Source of the DNA: Phoronis australis
Lineage: Eukaryota > Animalia > Phoronida
Assembly: GCA_002633005.1 (NCBI GenBank)
Contig: NMRA01000259.1
Coordinates: 296,934-344,003 of the forward strand
DNA: 47,070 nucleotides
Reading direction: 5' to 3'
Part shown: positions 12,032-23,200 of the stretch, piece by piece
How the letters are laid out: the number at the start of each line of letters is the position of its first letter
Position numbering within the stretch: position 1 is the first letter of the stretch
Program-made: the position numbers and the translations under genes
Notes under the pieces: generated by a model
Seen by the model: only the letters and a program-made list of their open reading frames with translations
Database searches by the model: none
What the model was told of the DNA's origin: nothing

Positions 12032-13104
12032 ATTGAATGTGTGCATTTTCGTTTAAAATTGAACAGCAATGCACATCAAGTCTATTCAGAGCTATTTTTT
12101 GAAAAGTCGCTTGAACATAGAATCGAACCCAGTAGCATCGCAGTATAGCAACGGAATATTCTGCCGCTGAGCCAAGTCCACGCCATATTGACAGTGTATT
12201 TTTGTACTTTAAGCATGAATGATAGCTTCACTGGCCTTGATTTCAGCGATTGTATGGCAGACAACGCCAAAACTTGAAAATTTGTAATTAAATCACAAAA
12301 ACACTTCGAATTTTGGTTACGCAGATTCGACCCTGAAACCGATAAAAGCGAGAAAGTTTGTCTTGCGCTTTCATTTGACTATTACCAACTAAAGTTTTTA
12401 CACACTCTAGTTATAAATTATGCAAATTATTTGATAAACCAATAGTTGGGTTAATCTTAGTGAATTTGTCAGGTACCACTGTAGAAGTAAGGTAACTCAA
12501 TGATTAGTTTTCAGGAGTTGTGTGAACCCCGGCCCTGAAGTCCTGAGTACTATAGTACAAACGTCAGAGCAATGATCTGGTGGGCGCGGTTAAAGTATAG
12601 GACATTACGGCGTTTTCCCGTTGCTACCAACTTGTTCGATTCTATAGCTCAACAACAAGTTGAGAAGTTTACCCCATATAGCCAACATCTTACACGACTG
12701 ATTAACTCCATTCTGGCATTCATGGTTGGAGGGCCAGCTCTCTTTTGTTCGATAATTGCTCTAATCGCCACAAAGATCGTATCTACCGTGACTGGGTTGT
12801 GCTGTTAAAAATAAAAGTTGTAACATATTTGAACATAAAACCAATAGCATTTCTGAAATCTTCGTCAAATGGTGATCATGTTAAGTTTTTGAATCACCAA
12901 AATCGCCCAACTGCAACCGAAGTTACGACAATCTGTTCCGAATACACCAATTCACTCCGAGTTTTACTGTGTTCACACGTGGTCTGTTAAATAACAGACA
13001 AAACAGTGCGCTTGGCAGTTAACAACGAAGCTAGATGTTATCACACGCTCAGAACCCCCTACGTCTGGTAAAATCACTGAACAGGAAAACGCTGTCATGA
13101 ACGC

Positions 13105-14520
13105 GCACTTGGAATTATGGTCCCTATACACAAAAAAGGCTCCAAAACTGAAATTTCAAATTATCGCCCAATAACTTTACTTAACACCCTGTCCAAAATT
13201 TTAGAGAAGATCATTGCTCAAAGTATTCTTACATTTCTCAAACAAAACAACTTGATCTATCATCGTCAATTTGTTTTTTTGCGTGGGAACAGCACCGTGG
13301 CACAACTTGTTGAAATAGTACATGAGATTCATTTACATTTTGAGAAGGGCGAGAGTGTCAGGTCCCTTTTTCTAGATATAGTTCGACTGTGTCCCTCACG
13401 ACATTCTACTTCACAAACTTCGATCCCATGGCATTACTGGTAATCTTTTAAACATGACCACCTCATATCTCTCCGAAAGAACATACAGTGTTCGTGTCGA
13501 CGGCGTACTTTCAACTTTATCCCCTCCTGGATTTGTAAACGCAGGTGTATCGCAGGGTAGCGTATTGGGCTCTCTTCTCTTCTTGGTTTATATTAATGAC
13601 CTTCCTGATAACCTGTCATGTAGCACATATCTTTATGCAGATGACACGGCGCTTTTTTACCCCTTCGCAGGGAGCAGCCCTGAATGCTCTTTGCAGCTTC
13701 AACACGACTTAAATAAACTCAGCTATTGGTCACAAGAATGGAGAATGAATTTTAAACCAGAAAAAAGCGTTGACCTCACCTTCTCCAAATCTATTAATGC
13801 TCTCTTCCTTGTTGACCCGTCTTATGACCTTAAACTTAATGATTAAATCATTCCTCGAAAACAGTCGCACAGACATCTGGGTATACTGTTAGGTGAAAAA
13901 CTCTCATTCACCCCTCACGTTCAGGAGCTCGTACAAAAAAACTCAGGAACTAATTAACCCACTTAAGCTTGTCTCTCGTCATCTGAATTCTACACACTTA
14001 GAAGTTTTGTTCAAATCCTTTATACTTCCACACATTGATTATTGTGATATATATCAGTCTGCCAATACAGGTGCACTCCAACATTTGGAGAAGTTACAAT
14101 ATCAAGCCGCCTTACTCATACTCGACGCAATCTTCACATGACCATGCACGTTTACTTTCAAGGTAATAAACAATGTCAACAACGTGTCTGTCACAAAAAA
14201 TATTTGATCTATATACGAGACAAGGCCATCGTAGTGATTTGAGATCCTCCACCCCATATGCAATTCCTCCGTCGTTCAGTCAGGCATTCAGAAGGTCTAC
14301 AGTCATGATGTGCATCAACAACTGGAATTCTGTTCCAGTCTGTTAAGGAAAGCAACTCTTACGAGTATAAAAAATAATTTTAGAACTGTTGTATATACCT
14401 CGATGTATATTAGTTTCATTTATGAATTGTTTACAACCCAGATATAATGCTTCGCGGTTTCTGGGTTTGTTATTATTTTTTTGTATGTTCAGTGTATTCT
14501 TCAATAAATATATATCACTT
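13105..14520 (+). mobile_element. Degraded CR1/L2-clade LINE reverse transcriptase fragment
   Basis: VPIHKKG..NYRPITLL..LSKILEK, GVSQGSVLG.LLFLVYINDL, LYADDT, HLG, ILPHIDYCD; several frameshifts and stops; AATAAA near 14503. Confidence 0.88.
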
Positions 14521-14824
14521 AAAAAACGCGCACAGTGTAAAAATGACCACTTGCCGATTTGGGTAACTGAGGACTGCTCGAAGAAATAGTGTTTGTTTGA
14601 GTTATGAATTCAAGACATCGTCGGGTTCCTAAGGTGTCCCTCTATGCGCAAAAGATAATTATTTAGCAACATGACTTTGATGATTTAATCAGTATGAGGC
14701 ATAATTCGCCGAAAATCTTCCGGCTTACTGGGCTAACTAGAGACGGTGGTCACTGTCTAATTCAGTGCGGCTTACGAAGTTTTATTTTCGCGCTCGACGC
14801 TAGTATTCCATCAGAGCGGTACTG

Positions 14825-14974
14825 CCTCCCGTTCAGTAAGGCTAGGACCTCGCTAAAAAGCAAGACTTCGTGAGATTACGCTAGAAATTGCTGTGTATCT
14901 CAAATGAGAGTACGTGACTTTGGCTAGATTTTAGCTAGGTCCTAGCGTAGGTCCTAGCGTTACTGAACGTACGC
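14825..14974. mobile_element. Harbinger/PIF-like MITE, copy 1 (uninterrupted)
   Basis: TIR core cgttcagtaa(g/c)gctagga / tcctagcgttactgaacg; flanked by CTG...CTG 3-bp TSD. Confidence 0.7.
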
Positions 14975-17093
14975 CTGTTTTCAATTTGGAAAGGCGCATC
15001 GGCTTGTGCATCCGTCAGCTTCGAATCCTCTCCCCCATGCATGATAGCCCTAGTCACGTGCTGGTACGGGCATAATGTCAGGATATGTGGTCTATTGTCG
15101 GGCATTATGAAAATAAATGTCATGGTGGGTAGTAGAGGCAGTGTCGAAAAACGCCGTTGTTGTGGGTCTTGCGTTCTTCAATGCGTTGGCGTCGGAGTTG
15201 GCGGATATTCACACGTCACCCACATACAATTTATTGCAGTCACAGCCATCAATTCTATTCAAACATTGCTGCTATGCAAATAAGTAGTTTGGACAGCTTG
15301 ATGGAAAGTTTGCCAGTCTTGAAAACACAGACGCCTAGGAATTTTAGAGTATTTGGAATTTGTTTTCAGAATCTGGTGTGTGGCTTAAATGTGTCAAGCA
15401 GTTTGCGGGCAAGTGGTGGTTTGGGGCTTGAAACTGTCAATTTTGCGTTTTTGAGACTCCTTTTGGGAACCTCGCTTCACTTTTCAATAAAAGTGAACTG
15501 TCCAAAAATATGAGGCAGCATCCTGTTTTTGTGTAGCGCTTTCGATGTGAAACGATTCACAACTTTTCATTTTGTTCCTAGAGTTTTCGACAGAATAGAA
15601 GAAACATTACAACCAACTCTTCTTTAGTCCGTATTCCAGACGACACCGGTGTACAGCTCTTTATTGGCGATAAAGCGAAATTCCATGAAAATACCTTTTT
15701 TACTTTACCATTATACAGTACATAAAGAATGGTAATTGGTTATTCACGCCCAACTCATAGAAAGTGGCCTACTGCACTGCTGACTCAACAAGTTACCCAC
15801 CTGCCCGCTCAAAGTGTTGCACCGTGCTGAAGTCTGTCAAGAAATCAACTGATTGATCGCTTATAAACACGTGATGGGCCGCCTTTGTCCTGTGGGGTGG
15901 AAAGCAGGACTATAGCTAGGCTATTGTCTTTTTTGGTTTTTCCTTAACCCTTTTTAGTATAAGCTTGCGCTGCGAAACAGAAGTACGCTGTACTCGTTTA
16001 GCCTTATAAAGTGGTAAGTGTTAGAATTTTACTATAATTTAAGTTAGCATTTGCGTCAGTGGCACAGTTTTACTGTGACAAGTACCAATTTTAACATCCG
16101 CGTTTTAGTGGTACTTTCTTGTCACGGTAAAGTATGATTGTCGTAGTCACACTACAACTGATTCCATCGGGCAGGGACGTTTTCTCGGTGACACTTCTTA
16201 GAGCATTGTAGGCCAATCAATCGATTTTTAGAAGATGCGAACTCATTCTTGGTAATTCAACGTAGGGTTCGTTACTAGGTTGTTGTTTGATTATATATAA
16301 CTTTTCACTTAGTGTGATTTCATTTTTGTGGCAATCAGTATTCTAGGAACCCACTTTCAATGGAACGCGCCACAGTTACTATGACCTCATACATCGTAAT
16401 GTAATTTCCCCGTCATGGGTTTTTACCGTTTTCTATTTTCGTGATCAATGCAAGTCATTCATATGCAATAGATGCAGTCATGGTTTCAAACAATGAAGCT
16501 GTTCTGTACAATGGACACAGCAAATGTGCCTTGCTGGTTAAAACCATTCTCTGACCTCTGAAACTCGATTTAGCTAACTCACTATTACGGAAGAGTGATC
16601 TCAAATTGCTACGTATTGAAGCCGGACACCTGCCAAAACGACTGCAGTAGTCGATTGGCACTGGAAACTGCCGTAGGTGGGGTCATAGCTGCATTCTTTT
16701 AAGGTCATAATCATATTGTTCATGGGATAAAGGCAATAATTATGACCAGAGAACGTTTGAGGTTGTAGGGTGGTTTTACTTATTAAGAAGGTTTTTTAAT
16801 CGCCTTCTCGAGTCATTACATAAAAAGCAGGGATTTCTCTTCCATGCATGAACAAATCTTTGTTAAAACTCCACTAAAAAGGAAGGAACTACCTAAATTT
16901 GGCGAATGCATAATTCATATAGCTGTGAACGTAAAACCCCGTGTTTTGTTTTTAGTAAAACGTCCACGTTCTCAAAAATTCGAGTGCTCTCAGTTTTTTA
17001 GGCTGGTTGCGCGTATGTTTAGTGAGCACTGATGTTGCGGGTGAGAGCTTTCATTACGTGCATAGTAATATATATGTCATATTGCCTTTCAAA

Positions 17094-17121
17094 TGAGTCA
17101 TGGGGTTTCCATCGGGATCCC
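17094..17121. promoter_or_regulatory. Adjacent AP-1 (TGAGTCA) and kappaB-like (GGGGTTTCC; GGGATCCC) motifs 70-100 bp upstream of the TNFR ATG
   Basis: tgagtca at 17094-17100 followed by ggggtttcc at 17102-17110. Confidence 0.4.
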
Positions 17122-17193
17122 AAAGCTCTTCATGATGAATGACTTTGGAATGTTTTTCAAGGTATTTGCACAGTACCCTGTAGTGACGTATGA

Positions 17194-17277
17194 ATGGGGC
17201 TCTTGAAGATACCTGCGCTCGTGCTGACTTGTGCGTTTTTGTACATCACCCAAGATGGAGAGTGTCTTAGCGGAAAG
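17194..17277 (+). CDS. TNFR exon 1: signal peptide (MGLLKIPALVLTCAFLYITQDGECLSGK)
   Basis: Hydrophobic h-region; donor AAG|gttcgt, phase 0, in frame with the CRD exon. Confidence 0.7.
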
Positions 17278-20200
17278 GTTCGTTGGTCTTAATGTAGCCT
17301 ACTCCTTTAGGAATTTGCATCTCATTTCAGATTCTAAGCACACTAGTTCAAAAAGATTCAGCAACGGTAACTCTTCACTTAATTAGCACACAATATATCC
17401 GAAAAGTGAAATTCCATTTTGTAAAATTTCTTAAAAAAAGATTAAGAAATTGAGGTTCATTACTAACATGGTTTGTACTGTGTAGATATCATAAACCAAC
17501 TTTCAACAAATTTTGCATTATTTGCAGTAATTACAGTTACCAGCCTTAGAAAAATGGAAAATGACAAGTTTTGTAATCATTTTTGTGCAAAATATGTGGA
17601 GAATTAATGTGAGGTTGCACTTGATCATTCACTCCTGACACAGGTTCAGCTGACTGAAACACCCGATTGATTTTTTGTGACGATTTCTGGATTACAAATC
17701 AACCAGCCTCCCGTTCAGTCAGTAACGCTAAGACCTCGCTAAAAGGCAAGACCTCGGGCCGAGATTGCACGAGATATTGCCGTGTATTTTAAACGAGTAT
17801 GGTGGGCCGTTGAGGGGAAAGTGTCGCCGTACAATTACGCTCGTAAATTAAATGGTGAAAAGTTTCGTCGTAAAATTACGCTCGTAATTACGAGCGTAAG
17901 TTAAATTGCAAAAGTGTTGGGGTAAAATTACGCCCGTAAATTAAATGGGGTAAATGTCGCCGTAAATTACGCTCGTAAAATACCTTAAGAACGTTCCAAA
18001 TTTAAACCAATCAGTGATGACCTACTGAACATACACGATCGACTGTTGCTGGGCAGCTCGTTCTTGCACAATCGCTGACATTGCAGCAACGATTTGATCC
18101 GCCATGATTCAGAGTTCGTATCGTAGACATGAAATCCGCCAATAAATAAGAATTTCCATGAGCGCGCGCGATCTTTGTAAAACCCAACGTCATTGGCTAA
18201 GAGTTTAACTAAATTACGAGCGTAATTTTACGCCGTAAAGAATTAAATTACGCTCGTAATTTTACGGCGTAATTAACGGCGTAAATAACGGCGTAATGTA
18301 CACAATTACGCTCGTATTTTTCCGGCGACACTTTCCCCTCAACGGCCCATCATAAACGAGAACACGTGACGTTGGCTATGTTTTAGCTAGGTTCTAGCGT
18401 TACTGAACGCACGCCAGATGTCTCAGCTGCTTGACCGGTCACTGAAAAGCCGGCGAAGTGAATCAAGCTCAACCACGTAGTCCCTTTTGTGGGAGACCGA
18501 CTACTCAACGACTTGTAGCCGGCCTATTCATCGAAAACATTTCGGCCTAAAAAAGAAATGTTCACACAAATTTAATGGAAATACTCCAATCGAGTCATGA
18601 TTTCTGATCAGGGAATAATGCAGACGTACGTTGGTGTACACACGAGTTGAACAATGCCCGGCGGGAGACAATAGGCGGACTATTCATGTACACCCCGGAA
18701 AAAAACGGTTGCTTTGCACGGTATTTGTGACTTACTGTGAACACAGCGAATACGACATAACTAAAGGGTTTTGATTTCCAGAAACCGGAAACTGCTATGG
18801 TCTACCGACACCGAGGTTTCAACTGCTCCATGTGTCCACCAGGACACTATCGCATGCTTCACTGCTCAAAGTATGTCGACACAGTATGTTGGCCATGCAA
18901 GGAGAACACGTTCATGCCGTTTTGGAACAGAGTACATGGGTGCTTTCGTTGCACGTCTTGTTCGCCGTCTTTCAAAACTGCTTCAAACTGCACATCTACA
19001 AGAAACGTATTGTGCCAATGCAAAGAGGGCTATTATGACAACGTACTTCTAGCATGTCGCTCTCAGAGAAAGTGCCCGATTGGTTTTGGTGTTTTCAAGC
19101 CAGGTAGGCCTACATGCATGTTGCTAGCAATGTTTTTGCCATCGCTGACTCTGACTATGACGACAACAATGGTGATGGTTGACGACTCGATACTAAACCC
19201 TGTTTTACTGAGCCTATTATCAGGGCCCGGTCTCTAATCTTTGTACTCGAAACAAACTCGAAACTATTTTTGGCAATTTCTCTGCTCCTTTTGTGCGAAC
19301 TAAAGATAATTGGTTATCAGACTGTGCTCGAATACATTATAGTTTATGCATAGGAGTTTCTAGTTCAAGTTTGCCCTTGAAGACCCTTTTATTCGTGCTA
19401 CAAACTGGAGTAAAAACTCGAAATTTCGAGTTCAAACTCGAACTTATTGCTTTAATATTGGGTTTACAAACTGTGAACTAAGGGCAATAAATTATCTACG
19501 TAAGTTATTGTGTACTCGAGCATAGAATAATAGACACTTATCTTGAGTTCGCCCAAAAGTAGAGTAGAAAATGCCAAACCTAATTTCGAGTTCCATTTCG
19601 AGTAAAAAGATTGGAGACCGGGCTCAGATATTACGCCAACGGTTTGGTCTCCCATATCCCGGCCCAAAAACGAAATAATGCTCAGCATGTAAAAACCTTT
19701 TCCCATAATTGTGAAACGAGTTTGGTAACTTGTTATACGTCTGCAGCTTCAATTAATCGGCATGGCTTGATTGTCTCCATGAAGAACATAAATACCACTA
19801 TTTGTGAATTACGCAAAGGACTATTTCCGTTGGTTAGTTAAAAAATTGATGTTACTTGGTTCCATAGTATCACAAGAACAGTACTTCTTTTGAGAATCAG
19901 TACTATGAGTTGTTTGTAAGGAATTCGCACATGTCGAAAAGGCTGTCGAGGCAACGATTTGTAATCGTACGAGGTACTCAAAGTTCTCGAAACCATAAAG
20001 ATGTCAGCGTTTTTTAGAGTTCAAGTTTAAGTCTTGAACCGTTATATGCACCTGTGAATTGAGCAAAAATACACCTTAATACGAATGCCCCATCTCCCAT
20101 GTTCCCCGGTTACCCTTCAAAAATCTGGGAGCATGCCTGCGGAAATTGCTTACAACATTCCGTTTTGATAAATAAATTCGTTGGTTTCTGATTCACCTTT

Positions 20201-23200
20201 ATTTATCTACGAGCCCCCCTCCCCAATTGACAAAGTGGGGCAAAAAGGTCCGCCCTCGAGAGACAAAATATCCGATTTATTTAGTCCGCCCGCTCCCGCT
20301 CTTTTGTTGGCAAATGGTCCACAACGTCGGGAATTCGAGCCCCCCATATCGAAGGCTGGGTGCGCGCATGCAGTGCACTTAGACAATTTTTACCTATCTA
20401 TAACAACTCTCAAAGACATTGATGAAATTAGGACAATTCCCAAAAATATACTCACAATTCAAATGACAATAACTTCATTGCTTTTTGACTTAGGTACAAC
20501 ATTTGTCGTTTAAACTCACAAACAACACATCAAAAAGGAGTTAAGTCATTAAATCAACGTAAATGCATTGCTCATGGAATCTAGTGTTGGTTTCTGATTT
20601 TCATGATTATTTATCTACGAAAGTGGACTGATCGATAAATGATTTTTTACAATTAGAAGCTAATCTTGTAAGAAATGACGATGCTTCTCTGAACTTAGTG
20701 GCAGGCTGACATTGGGGAAATTCAGTCTATCATCAGATCGCCAAATGGCAGAGTACACTAAACGATCTGAAGTAAGTCTCAAGGAAATTGATGAATTTCG
20801 AACAGCTCTACAATGTTTCCCAAAAATGTTCGCACAATTCAAATGACAATAACTTCTTTATTGACTTGGTAACTAGATTAGTGGTGTGAATTCACTAACT
20901 GTAGATCGAAAAAGAAGTTAAAATCTTTGAAATAAATGAAATTAAACTCATTGCTCATTAACTTGGAAAGGTTCTCTTTGCACGTCCTTGATGTTTTTAG
21001 TTTCCAGTGGTACTGCGCAATGAATTTTCTACTCCAAAACTGAATATTGTGCTTGCCATTTCCGTGCACATTGCAAAGACGGAGCACGTCATGACTGATG
21101 TACCCACGTTAAAAATGAGGTGTAACCATGCAGTAAGCACGCGCACAACTCAGTGATCCACGGGAACGGAATTTAAACTCCAGGCATTGAAGTGTGTACA
21201 TTTTTGGGATACACTCTGTATCATTTTCCCCAGCCACCAGAAACTAAACTGCTAGCCATGTTTCAACAAGGGATTTTGAAACAGCTCCAAAGGCACTACA
21301 CCAGGGACCTCGGGACCTCACATTTTCAAAAAAAAATTCCTTCAAAGATTGTCTATACAAAATGAGCTTTTCCCGAAACTGGATCATAACGAATTCTGAC
21401 CTTAAAGCCAACACAGACGGATAGGCACGAGCTAAAAAAAGCCGCCTGTCTCAAGTGAATCATAGCTGAGCTGACTAGTGACTAGCCTAGTTCATCGGAT
21501 GTCGTATTTTCACACTGTTAGATCTCACCTATGTACAGTTACCCGAGGCAACTCCCAATGGCGGACGTGAGGGGTTCGGTACAAATATGGCGATATCCGG
21601 AGAACGGGGGCGGGGGGTTGAGGAGCGGAGCGGAGGTGTTGAAAGGGGGGGAGTAGTTTGGCAATATTTTTGCCTTCCTACGGTCCTGTGTGGCGTCTGA
21701 TATCGACTGAGCTCCAGTTTTAGAGAGCCACTTTCGACTACCTGTCAAACTACATACTGGGAGTTTTTCAACAAGACATATTCGGTTTTAAAATCTTATT
21801 ACAATATTTTACACAAAAAGTGTTTTGTTTCCGACTGTTTGGTCTACAATTAAAAGTGAAAGTTTACGACCCAATTTTCGAAAAATTACTCGTGTATTTG
21901 CTTGCAGTGCCAAGTATGTGTGTGTATGCATATATGTATTGTTACTGTTTTCTATTGTTTCTATACTAATTCAATTGCGCAATGTTTACCTGTAACCCAA
22001 ATGTCGGTTAAATCGCTTTCTGACATGAGTTGATCAAGGCAGGTAGGAACAAGTCAACCTCTTAGAAAACAAAAAAAAAATCAGAGAATAATGTGAGACC
22101 TCTTGTAATCCAAAAAGTACAGACCAATGTCTCTGGCGTATCAGATCCAATGGGCCATTAGAAGCAATAGATGCAATGTATTGCCCTCGGCCCGGTAGGC
22201 AATGTTGCCCTTACTCAATACATGTGACCTGATGTCATCCTCGGGTTCTGTCGCTCTGGTTTAGCCTCTTTTTATGTTGCTATTACACCATAAATTAATT
22301 ACACTTTATTTGTTGACTAATTAGTTAATTAATCAGGCATTTAGCACAAAAAAAGTTAAATTGTAACACTCTGTTATTTCTCGCATTTTGGTAACACTCT
22401 CGCGCACCCAGGGGGGGGGGCTCGGGGGGTTCGAACGAGTCCCCCCCCCCATTTGGTGAAGTGGGCAAAAAGGTCCGCCTCTGAGAGACCAAATGTCCGA
22501 GAAAATGAGGCATAAGTCCATTAACATGCGCAAACGCGCAATTCACAGTGGTGCCCCTTTTTTTTAGTCCGCCCGCTTTTTTGTAACCAAAAAGTCCTCA
22601 AAATCAGGAATTCGAGCCCCCTCCATAATGAAGGCTGGGTGCGCGCATGTAAAATCCTGTCACGGCATAACATATGTTTTAGTTTTTAGCCAGCTAAATA
22701 GCGCGAAATACAACTCAAGAACCATGATATTTTCACTTAGTTGTAAATGACTGTGCTGGCGAAGTTTGTGATTATTGATAAAACCCACTTCACTTTTGAT
22801 ACAGGTACACCCATCTCAGATGTTATTTGCAAAAAGTGTTCTGCTGGATTCTATTCCAACACTGTGTCAACTACTGAACCGTGCCAAGCACATATCAACT
22901 GCTCCAAGTACAATCTTGAAGTCGACGACCCGGGCAACGAAACGCATCCACGGACATGCAGACAGAGACTGGGAGAGAATAAAGGTACAGTGGCCAAAAC
23001 CCAACAAAAGATAGCATGCCTGGTTCTGTCTGCAGTTTGTTTGAAAAACAGGTCCGACTACGTGTTGCGGCAGAAAATCCAAATGAGACGAACGAGAAAA
23101 TGATGATGGACTTAGTTATTCAGCTCAAATCAATTTCGGGTGGGGTGCTGGCGGAAATCGTACCAGTGCTCGAAATGTCCTCGTTACTCCTTCATAATTG

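Noticed and set aside
15041-15513. ORFs upstream of the TNFR as first coding exon
   Set aside because: No signal peptide or compatible donor; 17194-17277 fits much better.
17401-17411. IRF/ISRE-like GAAAAGTGAAA in the receptor intron
   Set aside because: Lies within an interspersed repeat also present at 3810-4015, so it is not independent evidence of regulation.
17798-18354. Repeated AATTACGCTCGTAA units resembling a CRISPR array or iterons
   Set aside because: No unique spacers; they are subterminal repeats inside a TIR/TSD-bounded eukaryotic MITE.
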